Positions 49,358 to 59,318 are shown, numbered from the stretch's first letter. The stretch: DNA of 64,000 nucleotides from Elusimicrobiaceae bacterium (GCA_017961295.1 JAGCXL010000023.1:65920-129919); one strand, 5' to 3'. Translations and numbers: made by a program. The notes: generated from the sequence alone by a model not told the origin.

Positions 49358-51283
49358 ATGGATAATTTTGGATTTGTAAAAATAGCGGCCGCTATTCCCA
49401 CCGTCAAAGTGGCGGACGTTACGTTTAATGCCACCCAAACGTTAACCCTCATTAAAAAAGCCGCCGCGCAAGGCGTGCGCGCGGTCGTGTTCCCGGAGTT
49501 GGGGCTTACGGGCTACACTTGCGGAGATTTATTTTTAAAACCCACTCTTTTAGATGCGGCGGAACGGGAACTTGAAAAATTACTTACCCAAACTAAAACG
49601 TTAGATATTGTTTTTATGGTGGGGCTGCCTGTGCGGGCCGGTGCTGTTTTATTAAATGCGGCCGCGGTGTGCTATAAAGGGGAAATCTGCGGGATAATTC
49701 CCAAAACGTATTTGCCCAATTACAACGAATTTTATGAGGGGCGGTGGTTTGTGCGTGCGTTGGCATTTAACGGTACGGAAGTAACGCTGTGCGGGCAAAC
49801 GATCCCGGCGGGAACAGACCTTTTATTTAAAGCGGGCGGATTTACCTTTGGCGTGGAAATTTGCGAAGATTTATGGGCAACAGTTCCTCCTTCCAGTCAA
49901 GCCGTTTTGCAAGGGGCGCAAGTCATTTTTAATTTGTCTGCCAGTAACGCCCTGGTAGGGAAACATGCCTATGTGCGTCAATTGGTTGCGCAACAATCGG
50001 CCCGCGGTATGTGCGGCTATGTATATGCCTCCTGCGGGTTTGGTGAATCTACGACCGACGTAGTTTTTGGTTCCAATGCGCTTATTTTTGAAAACGGACA
50101 CGAGTTAGCTTGTTCTAAACGCTTTGCACAACAGCCGCAGCTTATTTGTGCCGAAATTGACGTGGAACGCTTGCAGAACGAACGCCGCGTAAACACTTCT
50201 TTCCGTACGGATAGCGCCTTGGAAACAGGTGCCCCGTATGATGTGATTGATTTGCAACAACCGGTAGCAACGGTTAAAAAATTAACGCGCAAAGTAGAAC
50301 CTTTACCGTTTGTGCCGCAGGGGAAAACGTTAGACGAGCATTGTGAAGAAATTTTTAATATTCAAGTAACCGGGCTTGCCACGCGCCTGGTAGCTGCGCA
50401 TGCCAAAAGTGCTGTAGTTGGAATTTCCGGCGGTTTAGATTCCACCTTGGCTTTGTTGGTAACGGCGCGTACGTTTGATAAGTTAACACGGCCGCGCAAA
50501 CAAATTGTGGCTATTACTATGCCCGGGTTTGGTACCACAGACCGCACTTATAAAAATGCGCTTTCCCTTATGAAACAACTAGGAGTAACGGTCAAAGAAA
50601 TTTCCATTAAAAAAGCGTGCGAACAGCATTTTAAAGATATTGGACACGACGGGAAAAAGCACGACGTAACGTATGAAAATGTGCAAGCGCGCGAACGGAC
50701 CCAAATTTTAATGGACGTAGCGAATCAAACAGGCGGGCTTGTGATTGGGACGGGGGATTTGTCCGAATTGGCGCTCGGTTGGGCCACGTATAATGGGGAC
50801 CATATGTCTATGTACGGGGTGAATGCCGGTGTGCCTAAGACGCTTGTAAAATCGCTCGTTACGTGGGTGGCAACGCACCAAACGACCGATAAAAAAACGC
50901 AAGCGGTGTTGGCCGATATTGCGGCTACGCCGATTAGCCCCGAACTTTTACCCGCGGACAAAAAAGGCCGTATTACGCAAAAGACCGAAGATTTAGTGGG
51001 GCCGTACGTATTGCATGATTTCTTTTTGTATTATTTCTTGCGTTGTGGGTTTGGGCCGAAGAAAATTTTATTCTTGGCCAAACACGCATTTGCGGGACAC
51101 TTTAAAGAAGCGGAAATCAAAAAATGGCTGGTTGTATTTTTTAGACGCTTTTTTGCCCAGCAGTTTAAACGTTCGTGCTTGCCCGACGGGCCGAAAGTGG
51201 GAAGCGTGGCCTTATCTCCGCGCGGAGATTTAAGAATGCCCAGTGATGCCAATGCCCAAGCGTGGCTCAAAGAATTGGAATAA
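49358..51283 (+). CDS. nadE: Glutamine-dependent NAD+ synthetase
   Basis: FPEL, PNYNEFYE, EICEDLW, SGGLDS, ENVQARER, GTGDLSE. Confidence 0.96.
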   Translation: MDNFGFVKIAAAIPTVKVADVTFNATQTLTLIKKAAAQGVRAVVFPELGLTGYTCGDLFLKPTLLDAAERELEKLLTQTKTLDIVFMVGLPVRAGAVLLNAAAVCYKGEICGIIPKTYLPNYNEFYEGRWFVRALAFNGTEVTLCGQTIPAGTDLLFKAGGFTFGVEICEDLWATVPPSSQAVLQGAQVIFNLSASNALVGKHAYVRQLVAQQSARGMCGYVYASCGFGESTTDVVFGSNALIFENGHELACSKRFAQQPQLICAEIDVERLQNERRVNTSFRTDSALETGAPYDVIDLQQPVATVKKLTRKVEPLPFVPQGKTLDEHCEEIFNIQVTGLATRLVAAHAKSAVVGISGGLDSTLALLVTARTFDKLTRPRKQIVAITMPGFGTTDRTYKNALSLMKQLGVTVKEISIKKACEQHFKDIGHDGKKHDVTYENVQARERTQILMDVANQTGGLVIGTGDLSELALGWATYNGDHMSMYGVNAGVPKTLVKSLVTWVATHQTTDKKTQAVLADIAATPISPELLPADKKGRITQKTEDLVGPYVLHDFFLYYFLRCGFGPKKILFLAKHAFAGHFKEAEIKKWLVVFFRRFFAQQFKRSCLPDGPKVGSVALSPRGDLRMPSDANAQAWLKELE

Positions 51284-51296
51284 AATAGGCGTAAAT

Positions 51297-51331
51297 AAAA
51301 ACCGGGGCCATCTAAAACGTGGCCCCGGTTC
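51297..51331. terminator. Bidirectional terminator
   Basis: AACCGGGGCCA/TGGCCCCGGTT. Confidence 0.75.
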
Positions 51332-51350
51332 TCTATGGATAAAATAAGAA

Positions 51351-51839
51351 CTAATATCCTTTCGTACCCGCTAAACTTTCGTCGTTATCAATCCAATCTT
51401 GGACGTTAATTTCGCGGTATTCGGTAGCGGTATCCCGCACCACTACTTTTTTAATCCCGGCGTTAATAATCATGCGTTTGCACATGGAGCAGGAATTGGA
51501 GTTTTTAATGAATTCGCCGGTGCTTACTTCCCGCCCGGAAAGATAAAGGGTAGCATCTAACATTTTATCGCGCGAGGCGCTGATAATGGCGTTGGCTTCG
51601 GCGTGCACACTACGGCACAGTTCATAGCGTTCCCCGCGGGGGATATTTAACTCTTGGCGGATACAGGTGCCTAAATCACAGCAATTTTTTCGTCCGCGCG
51701 GCGCGCCCACGTATCCGGTGGAAATGACCTCGTCATTTTTTACAATCACCGCTCCATATCGGCGGCGCAGACAAGTTCCGCGTTGGGAAACAATATCAGC
51801 CAAGTCTAAATAGTAATTAATTTTATCTTTTCTGCCCAT
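51351..51839 (-). CDS. dCMP deaminase family protein
   Basis: TCLRRRYGAVIVK, HAEANA, CSMC. Confidence 0.9.
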   Translation of the reverse strand: MGRKDKINYYLDLADIVSQRGTCLRRRYGAVIVKNDEVISTGYVGAPRGRKNCCDLGTCIRQELNIPRGERYELCRSVHAEANAIISASRDKMLDATLYLSGREVSTGEFIKNSNSCSMCKRMIINAGIKKVVVRDTATEYREINVQDWIDNDESLAGTKGY

Positions 51840-51926
51840 AGTAGCACTCCTTATGGTTTATTATAACATAAAAAGTAATCATTTTTTGGGGTTAGCAAAT
51901 GGGCGTAAATGCGCTATAATGTGAAT

Positions 51927-53225
51927 ATGAAAAAAATATTGCTTTTTTTGATGTGTAGTCTCTCTTTATATGCCGGGGCGGAAACGGTGCATAGTGTAAC
52001 GGCGGAAACAACGCGTATGTCCCCGGATACACTTAAAAAACATTTTAAATTGAAAGAAGGTATGGAATTTACCGAGCAGGAATATCAACGCGCACAGGAT
52101 GATTTGCATAAATTGCGCGTATTTAAAACGCTTGAGTTTATTGAAAAAAAACGCAAAGACGGCGTAGATATTCATATTAAAGGCGATGACCGCAGCTACG
52201 TGTTCCCCATGGCATTCGCTTTGAGCGGAAAGAAACGTTCTGCGGGGGTATCGGTAACAAGCGGGAATATTTTAAAACAGGGGGAAACGGCCTATTTCTT
52301 TGTAGGTGGCGGTCGCGATGGGTTTGCTACCCATGGGGCGCTTTCGCTAGGGGATGATGCCTTTTATGTGGGGTATTCACATGTCAATTTTGAACAGAGT
52401 TTCTATGAAGGGGGATGGATGAGCTCCCCGGGGATCTTCTCTTCTGCCGACGATAAAGATAATTATAACAGCCAACAGTTAGCTACCGTACATGGCAAAC
52501 AAGATGATTTTAGTGTAACCTACCGCCGCCGAATTTCGCGCGTGTGGAGTGTGTCACTCACGCCGGAGTATGAGCACTACTGGTATGCAGATAATTTGCT
52601 AGATGGGGGGAACCACTCTCACGTTTCGTTAGGTTTTCAATATGCCGATGATATCCGTCCGGGGCTTAACATGGGGGCTTTATCGGGGATTGGCCTTTCC
52701 GACAAGGAGCACGCCCTTCAAGATTTACCACGTGTGCGTACCGGCAAATTGGCGCAAGTAACGTACACTACGGGGGGAAGTTGGACGGGCAGTGATTACG
52801 ATATTCAAAAATTATCGTTAGGCGGCGGGTACATGTGGGAATTAAAAACTCGTCATATATTGGCGGTGTTTACCAAGGTCCAGCGTGCGTTTTCTGCCCC
52901 GTTTAGTAACCAGGTTCGTTCGGGAGATTTGCTTTTTGGTATGGGAATTTACGACCGCGAACAACGCGGGAAAATAGGCGTATCGGGCGGCATAAGTTTT
53001 ACGTATTTTATCTTGCGTAATAATCTTGGGTTGTTAAGTTTTATGCCGTTTTACGAGCAGGCGTATATTTCTTCAGGTACCAGTTCTTACACGCCGCATA
53101 GCGGGGTAGGCGCTACACTGAGCTACCGGTTGTGGCGTTTCCCGCTACCTATCGGCATCAATTTTACGCAAAATTTAAACGACGGCAGTCACCACGTTGG
53201 TGTAAAAGTAGGCGGGCATTTCTAA
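51927..53225 (+). CDS. Outer-membrane protein, probable POTRA + beta-barrel (Omp85-like)
   Basis: Signal peptide, POTRA-like N-terminus, amphipathic strands, terminal Phe. Confidence 0.6.
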   Translation: MKKILLFLMCSLSLYAGAETVHSVTAETTRMSPDTLKKHFKLKEGMEFTEQEYQRAQDDLHKLRVFKTLEFIEKKRKDGVDIHIKGDDRSYVFPMAFALSGKKRSAGVSVTSGNILKQGETAYFFVGGGRDGFATHGALSLGDDAFYVGYSHVNFEQSFYEGGWMSSPGIFSSADDKDNYNSQQLATVHGKQDDFSVTYRRRISRVWSVSLTPEYEHYWYADNLLDGGNHSHVSLGFQYADDIRPGLNMGALSGIGLSDKEHALQDLPRVRTGKLAQVTYTTGGSWTGSDYDIQKLSLGGGYMWELKTRHILAVFTKVQRAFSAPFSNQVRSGDLLFGMGIYDREQRGKIGVSGGISFTYFILRNNLGLLSFMPFYEQAYISSGTSSYTPHSGVGATLSYRLWRFPLPIGINFTQNLNDGSHHVGVKVGGHF

Positions 53226-53339
53226 AAATTCCACTTTTGGCCTAGCTAAGGCCGACTTTCACTCTAATTAATTTTTGGGCTTGAGAAAAGGCAACCAAAC
53301 CGCTAAAGTAAGAATCCATACTAAACTAGGAGGTTGCCT

Positions 53340-53855
53340 ATGGGAGTAAAAGCAAAAGAATTAGTTGCCCGGGCCGGCTTAGATGTCGGCGCGCTTGTCA
53401 AGGAGCTTAACAGCGCTTATTGTGATGAGTGGCTAGCCTATTACCAATATTGGATAGGGGCCAAAGTAGCGCAAGGCAAAATGTTCAAGATTATTGCCGG
53501 GGAGTTGGAAGAACACGCCGGCGAAGAATTAGAACATGCCGAAAAATTGGCCAAACGTATTGTTGAGCTGGGCGGAACGCCTGCTATTTCGCCGGACTTA
53601 TGGCTTAAAGAGAGTAAATGCGGTTATTTGCCACCCCAAGACCCACAGTCCATGGTATTACTTAAACAAAATATCCAGGCAGAGCGTTGTGCAATAGAAG
53701 TTTATCAAAAACTTCTGGAAATGGTAAAAGGGAAAGACCCGATAACCGAACACTTGATCCGCGAAATTTTAGAGGACGAATTAGAGCACGAGCAAGATTT
53801 GGAGGATTTGCATAACGCGTGCGCGGACAGTGGAAGTTGTAATTGCAATAAGTAA
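53340..53855 (+). CDS. Ferritin-like DpsL / bacterioferritin-like protein
   Basis: DEWLAYYQYW, EELEH, AERCAI, DELEHE diiron ligands. Confidence 0.85.
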   Translation: MGVKAKELVARAGLDVGALVKELNSAYCDEWLAYYQYWIGAKVAQGKMFKIIAGELEEHAGEELEHAEKLAKRIVELGGTPAISPDLWLKESKCGYLPPQDPQSMVLLKQNIQAERCAIEVYQKLLEMVKGKDPITEHLIREILEDELEHEQDLEDLHNACADSGSCNCNK

Positions 53856-53873
53856 AAGGGTGAAAGTGATTGC

Positions 53874-53899
53874 AAAAGCCCCCGTTAGTCGGGGGCTTT
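53874..53899. terminator. Bidirectional terminator
   Basis: AAAGCCCCCG/CGGGGGCTTT. Confidence 0.75.
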
Positions 53900-53906
53900 C
53901 AAATTC

Positions 53907-53939
53907 ATACGGTGCTTTTAGTTTGGGTAGCAAAGTGCT
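53907..53939. repeat. 33-bp imperfect direct repeat, copy 1 (att-like)
   Basis: ATACGGTGCTTTTAGTTTGGGTAGCAAAGTGCT; 26/33 identical to 56023-56055. Confidence 0.7.
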
Positions 53940-54835
53940 TATTCTTTTGCTCCAGCCGCATGAAGGAGTTTGATAATTTCCGTATATTCCCTTGAATTGG
54001 CCAAAGTTAAGGCAGTTTTACCAACTTTGTCTACCATATTCACATCCGCTCTGGCCTGAAGCAAAATTTGTACAACTTTCGTATGGCCTCCCATGCTGGC
54101 ACCCATTAAGGCAGTAAATTCTTGCGGGCCGCGTGCGTTTACATCCGCACCTGCCTGAAGTAAAGCCTGCACAATTTCCAAGTGGCCGTGTCCGCTGGCT
54201 ACTATTAAAGCACGTTGACCTTGTTTGGTTGTTGCATTTACGTCCGCTCCGGCTTTTAATAATACTTTTACGGTTTCCGTATGGCCTTCTTCGCTGGCTA
54301 TCATCAAAGCATTTCGTCCAAATTGGTCTGCCGCATTTACATTTGCCCCGGCCTGCAGTAACGCTTGTACAATTTCCGTATAACCTGATACGCTGGCTAA
54401 TATCAAAGCGGTTTGCCCAAACGAGTCTGTGGTATTTGCGTCTGCGTGATGTTTTAGTAATACTTTTACGGCGGGGGTATTTCCTAATGCACTAGCGTAC
54501 ATAAGGGCCGTATTATTGTTTTCATCCACTTTTTCATTTACAGGGGCCCCTTTTTGGAGCAGAGTTTCTAACCTTGCGGTGCGTGCTGTAAATTCTTTCG
54601 CTAAGGCATCTCCTTTCATATTATCGGGGATAGGAGCTGTAACCTCTTTTATAAAAGCAGCTTTGACATCCCCACCTTTTTGAGTACTAGAATTGTTTAT
54701 AAAATTTGCTGAATTTGTATTATTTGTCATTTTTTTCTCCTGTTGTGTTGAATCCGAAGAATCACACGCGTTGCAAAATAATGAGACTACAACTAAACTA
54801 CCAAAAAATAAATATTTGGCTTTACAAATTTTCAT
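53939..54835 (-). CDS. Ankyrin-repeat lipoprotein
   Basis: Probable lipobox (CNAC); ~6 TALMxAS repeats; ends AAGAKE. Confidence 0.92.
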   Translation of the reverse strand: MKICKAKYLFFGSLVVVSLFCNACDSSDSTQQEKKMTNNTNSANFINNSSTQKGGDVKAAFIKEVTAPIPDNMKGDALAKEFTARTARLETLLQKGAPVNEKVDENNNTALMYASALGNTPAVKVLLKHHADANTTDSFGQTALILASVSGYTEIVQALLQAGANVNAADQFGRNALMIASEEGHTETVKVLLKAGADVNATTKQGQRALIVASGHGHLEIVQALLQAGADVNARGPQEFTALMGASMGGHTKVVQILLQARADVNMVDKVGKTALTLANSREYTEIIKLLHAAGAKE

Positions 54836-54838
54836 ATT

Positions 54839-55780
54839 TTACTCCTTTGCTCCGGCAGATTTTAACGACAAAATTAGTTCTATTTCCATTTGCCGTAACT
54901 CTTTTTGTTCTTCTCGTAAAATTTGTGCCACCCAAGAAGCATGCGATAATGCTGTTTTACTGGACTTATCTTTGTGATTTATCTCAATCCCTTTATCTAG
55001 CAATAATTTGACTACTTGTACTTGTTCTTGCGATTGAAATTGTGTCCCTACTATACTACCAACTAGGGTCATTTCATTTCCCCATTGTACTGCGTGAAAT
55101 AAGGATGTCTGTCCTTCTTTGTCCGTTGCATGCACATCTGCTCCGGCAGCTAATAATAATTGGACTGTTTTTTCATGACCTTCGGTAGAAACTAGAAATC
55201 GACGGGTAGGTAGGATGGGATTTGTTGACAAACGGCTAGCAAACATTAGAGCGGTAAGACCTTGATTATCTTTTGCATGAACATCTGCTTTATTATCCAA
55301 CAAAAGGCGTACGGTTTCTACTAAGCCATCTTTGCTAGCTCGCATCAAGGCATCTTGTCCTTCGGCATCTCTGCTATTTACTCGTGCCCCGGCTTTGAGC
55401 AAAAGGGCTACCGCTTTTGGATTTTTGCGATGTAACATTAAAGCGGTATTGCCAAAATGATCCTTGCTGTTCACATCTACACCCGCTGCAAGTAGGGTTT
55501 TAATCATTTCCAGATTATCACTATTTGCCCGCATAAGTAAAGTGCTTCCATGAGTAGTAACTATATGCGGGTTAGCCCCTTGTTGTAATAGTCGTTTTAC
55601 ATTCTCTATATTTCCCGGTCCTTCATAACCTCTATCAAGTACTAATGGCCCTGACACTTCTTTCATCAATGCCAAGTCTATTTCTGTAGTAGCAACCGGC
55701 TTTGTGACCTTTTTAAGAAAAAAAACTCCAATTGATACAACTATAACTACTAATAGTGGTATTCCTATAATTGTTTTCAT
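54839..55780 (-). CDS. Membrane-anchored ankyrin-repeat protein
   Basis: N-terminal TM; ankyrin repeats; ends KSAGAKE. Confidence 0.9.
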   Translation of the reverse strand: MKTIIGIPLLVVIVVSIGVFFLKKVTKPVATTEIDLALMKEVSGPLVLDRGYEGPGNIENVKRLLQQGANPHIVTTHGSTLLMRANSDNLEMIKTLLAAGVDVNSKDHFGNTALMLHRKNPKAVALLLKAGARVNSRDAEGQDALMRASKDGLVETVRLLLDNKADVHAKDNQGLTALMFASRLSTNPILPTRRFLVSTEGHEKTVQLLLAAGADVHATDKEGQTSLFHAVQWGNEMTLVGSIVGTQFQSQEQVQVVKLLLDKGIEINHKDKSSKTALSHASWVAQILREEQKELRQMEIELILSLKSAGAKE

Positions 55781-55963
55781 AGTTTTCCTTGATCTTTGGT
55801 AACTCTCGCTATTATACAATATTTGTACCATTTAAGAGATAAACAATATACTAATTAACCTTTGATGCACTACTTCCTACCTACTCATGTCAGCATAAAA
55901 TCCAATAAATTTTTATAAAAGCCAAAATAGGCTCAAAAATACTATGCTATAAGTGGTTTATAA

Positions 55964-56000
55964 AAAAATTCCCGTTGAGCGCGTTGCCCAACGGGGATTT
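55964..56000 (-). terminator. Intrinsic terminator
   Basis: AAATTCCCGTTG/CAACGGGGATTT stem with T-run on the minus strand. Confidence 0.7.
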
Positions 56001-56022
56001 ATGCTATAAATCAAAAACTAAA

Positions 56023-56055
56023 ATATGGTGCTTTTAGTTTACCTAGCACTATGCT
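56023..56055. repeat. 33-bp imperfect direct repeat, copy 2 (att-like)
   Basis: ATATGGTGCTTTTAGTTTACCTAGCACTATGCT. Confidence 0.7.
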
Positions 56056-56069
56056 GAATATTCTTTTAT

Positions 56070-56206
56070 CAAACAGGCAATAAACAGGCAAAAATTGATA
56101 GTTTTTTCTTTCCAAAGCGACTGAAAAGCGACTAAAAACGGCAAAATTTTTTCAAAGCGGTGACAAAGCGGCGAGAAAGCGAGGAAAAATGCTTTCAAAC
56201 AGGCGA
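56070..56206. repeat. Cluster of 11-bp-phased AAACAGG/AAAGCG motifs
   Basis: Motifs at 56071, 56082, 56114, 56125, 56154, 56165, 56176, 56197. Confidence 0.7.
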
Positions 56207-56225
56207 GGAATTATTTAAATAGATT

Positions 56226-56531
56226 CTACTTGTTTTTAGGTGGATTGGGGGCGGAAGGGCAGTACTGCGTCTTAGAAATAGATTTAATTATGTTGTTTGG
56301 ATATACAATTACCATGTATTCTTCAAAACCACGAGTATAAGAGCAGTTTTTTCTAAATGAGTAAGCAATTTCTCCGTTTTGCATTTGGTATGACGAATAA
56401 GGGACTCCATTTTTAGCAATATAGCTATCAAAATCTTTCCCCTCATCTGTTTCTAAAAAAGCATTCCAAAAAGAACTACATGCTGTCAATCCAAAACAGA
56501 AAAAAACAATCAACATAAAATACTTTTTCAT
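56226..56531 (-). CDS. Small lipoprotein
   Basis: Lipobox LTAC; SD GGAGG. Confidence 0.8.
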   Translation of the reverse strand: MKKYFMLIVFFCFGLTACSSFWNAFLETDEGKDFDSYIAKNGVPYSSYQMQNGEIAYSFRKNCSYTRGFEEYMVIVYPNNIIKSISKTQYCPSAPNPPKNK

Positions 56532-56614
56532 TGTCCCTCCAAGAAAACTTACAGAGTTATTATATCAAAAAATACCAGATATGCTGAAATTATATAAGTT
56601 CTCTAGTAAAGTAT

Positions 56615-57145
56615 TTATTCTTTGGCTCCGGCGGATTCGAGGACGTTGGCAATGTCCGTAAATTTTTTTTGTTTGGCTACTTTTAGAATGCTTCTACCCG
56701 AGTGATCTTTGTAATTAACATCTGCCCCTGCCGCTATTAAGAGTTTAACGATTTCTAATTGGTTTTTCTTTACGGATACCATTAACATGGATTCTTTAAA
56801 TTGGTTCACAAAGTTTACGTCAGCTCCTTGATCAATTAAATTTTTGACGTTTTCCACTTGGCCTTTTTTGATTGCTTTAAGCAACGGAGTTTCTCCGAAT
56901 TGATCCGGTGTGTTAATAGAAATGGGAGTTATGTAAAAATCGGTTTTTGGTTTTTTTGGTATTTCTCTTGCGCCTGTTGAGGACGGGGCGGGGTCCTCTG
57001 GGTGTTTCAACAGTTGGTTGCTTGTAACCTCAACGTTTTCCGGGGAATTCGTTCCAGTATGCGAACCCACCATCATAATACATCCTACCGTACACCCACC
57101 AATCAATACAAATGCAACGGCAACTATTATTAATATTTTCTTCAT
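56615..57145 (-). CDS. Membrane-anchored ankyrin-repeat protein
   Basis: N-terminal hydrophobic segment; 3 ankyrin repeats; ends ESAGAKE. Confidence 0.9.
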   Translation of the reverse strand: MKKILIIVAVAFVLIGGCTVGCIMMVGSHTGTNSPENVEVTSNQLLKHPEDPAPSSTGAREIPKKPKTDFYITPISINTPDQFGETPLLKAIKKGQVENVKNLIDQGADVNFVNQFKESMLMVSVKKNQLEIVKLLIAAGADVNYKDHSGRSILKVAKQKKFTDIANVLESAGAKE

Positions 57146-57210
57146 TTTTATTTTTTGTCTCCCGTAAACCTGAGAATTTATGAACTAGGGAGAATGTTCC
57201 TGTTTCTAAT

Positions 57211-57966
57211 TTACTTTTTAGCACCTGCAGCAGTCAATAATTTTACTGTAGAAATATGCCCTTGACTTTGTGCCAAAAAACGAGCTGTTTGCCCATTGGA
57301 AGTCATCCGGCTGAAATCGGCCCCTTGTGCAAGTAAAAGTTTTACAATGTCATTGTTCCCGGTAACACTTGCGTACATAAGCGGGGTTCTTCCATCTCTA
57401 TCTGCCTGGTTTACCTTGGCTCCTGCCTTTAAAAGAAGTTGAACGATAGGGGTTTTCCCCTGGAAAGTTGCCACTATTAACGGGGTCCTTCCATCTTTAT
57501 CTGTTTGATTGATATAAGATTTATGTGTTATTAAAAAATCAGCGGCAGAAGTTTGCCCTTCTAAGCAAGAATACATCAATGCGCTTCGACCATTAATATC
57601 TTGTTGGTTGACATTTGCCCCGCCATCCACTAATGCTTGTAGAACTTGTGTATGACCGTTTCCTGCGGCCAACATCAAAGCGGTTTTCCCTGTGCTTTCG
57701 GTTTGATTGGGATTAACCCCAGCCTGTAGCAATTTCTTGACCAACGTAACACTTCCATTTCCACTCGCTACTAATAAATTTTCAGCAGTGGCGGCAACAG
57801 GTTTGGAATGAGATGCTTGTAATTTAACCGGATGTGTTTTTGTGCCCTTCGTGGCGGGCGAATTAATACCAGATGTGGTAGTATCTTTCCCCCAGCTGGC
57901 CACACTGAGACATACAAGGCATAAAGTTACATAGATAAAATAATAGGAAGATTTGAAATATCTCAT
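57211..57966 (-). CDS. Secreted ankyrin-repeat protein
   Basis: Signal peptide; ~6 ankyrin repeats; ends TAAGAKK. Confidence 0.9.
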   Translation of the reverse strand: MRYFKSSYYFIYVTLCLVCLSVASWGKDTTTSGINSPATKGTKTHPVKLQASHSKPVAATAENLLVASGNGSVTLVKKLLQAGVNPNQTESTGKTALMLAAGNGHTQVLQALVDGGANVNQQDINGRSALMYSCLEGQTSAADFLITHKSYINQTDKDGRTPLIVATFQGKTPIVQLLLKAGAKVNQADRDGRTPLMYASVTGNNDIVKLLLAQGADFSRMTSNGQTARFLAQSQGHISTVKLLTAAGAKK

Positions 57967-57985
57967 TATATTTTTCCTTTGATGA

Positions 57986-58624
57986 TTACTTGGTACTGGG
58001 CACGAGCGGAATTTGGTATTGTTCCTGCGTCCCATTTTTGTATGAAAGAGTTATTTCCAAGCCGGAGATTCCGTTTCCCAAAGTAATGGGGCGTTTTTTC
58101 AAGGTAGTACCGCTGGCACTAAGCAAAAAATCAACAAGAAACTCTTGCCGATTATTAATTGCCATAGTTAGGGCAGATATCCCTGCTTTGTTTTTAATAA
58201 TAACATCTGCTCCTGCGGAGGTGAGTGCTCCTACGATTTCCAATTGGTTGCATGCACAAGCATACAAAATTGCCGTGTCCCCGTCGTTATTAATGGCATT
58301 TACTTCCGCCCCAGCCTTTATCAATTCCACAATTATTTCTAGCTGTTTTTGGGGAAGAAATTCTTTTTTGAGTTGCTGGGCTAAAAGAGGACTACAAGCC
58401 CACATCAAAGCTGTTACCCCCGTGCGAGCTTTTGCATTAACATTTGCACCGGCTTTGATTAGGGCCTTTGCTATTTCAACATATCCCAAACCACTGGCAT
58501 ACATCAAGGAGGTAACTCCGTCGGGGGTAATGGTATCTACATTTATTGCGCAAGAAAGTAATTGCTCAACTTGTTGTAAATTCCCGTCCAAACTAGCGTG
58601 TAATAGTTCTTCGTTATTGGGCAT
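57986..58624 (-). CDS. Ankyrin-repeat protein with distinct C-terminal extension
   Basis: TSLMYA, TALMWA, TAILYA repeats. Confidence 0.9.
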   Translation of the reverse strand: MPNNEELLHASLDGNLQQVEQLLSCAINVDTITPDGVTSLMYASGLGYVEIAKALIKAGANVNAKARTGVTALMWACSPLLAQQLKKEFLPQKQLEIIVELIKAGAEVNAINNDGDTAILYACACNQLEIVGALTSAGADVIIKNKAGISALTMAINNRQEFLVDFLLSASGTTLKKRPITLGNGISGLEITLSYKNGTQEQYQIPLVPSTK

Positions 58625-58634
58625 ATATTACCTG

Positions 58635-59318
58635 CTATTTAAAGCTTAAAGTAATCAAAAAAGATAAATAACTGTAATTCTCTTTGCCAGGGCGTTGTTC
58701 CACATCGATACGAGATGTTAACCGGTTCATGTCATAGCGAAAAGCCGTGTAACGGGTTTCAAACCCTACAGCCATTGCGCCATCTTGCATGTCATATTCC
58801 ACTCCCAAACCCGCGAAATATCCAAAAGAAGCGTTCGTAGCAGAAGCGTCAATATTATACCAATCATCAAACTGATATTTCAGTCGGCCGGTAGCGACTG
58901 TCAACCCTGCTCCAAAAGGAATATAGAAACGGACTTGATTGTACGGATTTAAATTTACACGAGTAAGTGCCATTAAGTGAAAAGTATTCATGTCCATATC
59001 TAAACGGTGTTTGTGATACGGCAGCGATCTCCTATCCCAAACTTCTTTATCGCTTCCAGCAAATCCTGCATACCGGATATCTGCTCCTATACCAAAATAC
59101 TCAGTAAGAAAATATAATCCAGATAAGCCAATTTCGCCACCTACATGTCCCCAAGCAAAATCTTTATCAGCGAAATTCAAACCGGAATCCTGCAATCCCA
59201 TCGTTAAACCGCCGTACAAACTAATCATCGCTTTACCTGCTTGTATCCCTTCCGCATGGACGGTTTGAAATGATGCTAAACCAAGCAAAGCAACACCGAA
59301 TATAATCCATTTTTTCAT
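58635..59318 (-). CDS. Outer-membrane beta-barrel protein (OmpA/OmpW-like)
   Basis: Signal peptide; FYIPFGAG, FAGLGVEY; ends TLSFK. Confidence 0.8.
   Translation of the reverse strand: MKKWIIFGVALLGLASFQTVHAEGIQAGKAMISLYGGLTMGLQDSGLNFADKDFAWGHVGGEIGLSGLYFLTEYFGIGADIRYAGFAGSDKEVWDRRSLPYHKHRLDMDMNTFHLMALTRVNLNPYNQVRFYIPFGAGLTVATGRLKYQFDDWYNIDASATNASFGYFAGLGVEYDMQDGAMAVGFETRYTAFRYDMNRLTSRIDVEQRPGKENYSYLSFLITLSFK

Noticed and set aside
53911-53938. dif (XerCD) site
   Set aside because: Starts with GGTGC like the E. coli XerC arm but has no TTATGTTAAAT-like XerD arm; kept only as a generic att-like repeat
48566-55988. Shared GCGCGTTGC in two terminator loops
   Set aside because: Only 9 bp with unrelated stems; could be chance
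57990-58649. 219-aa plus-strand ORF and other short antisense ORFs in the track
   Set aside because: Shadows of well-supported genes on the opposite strand; no RBS or motifs
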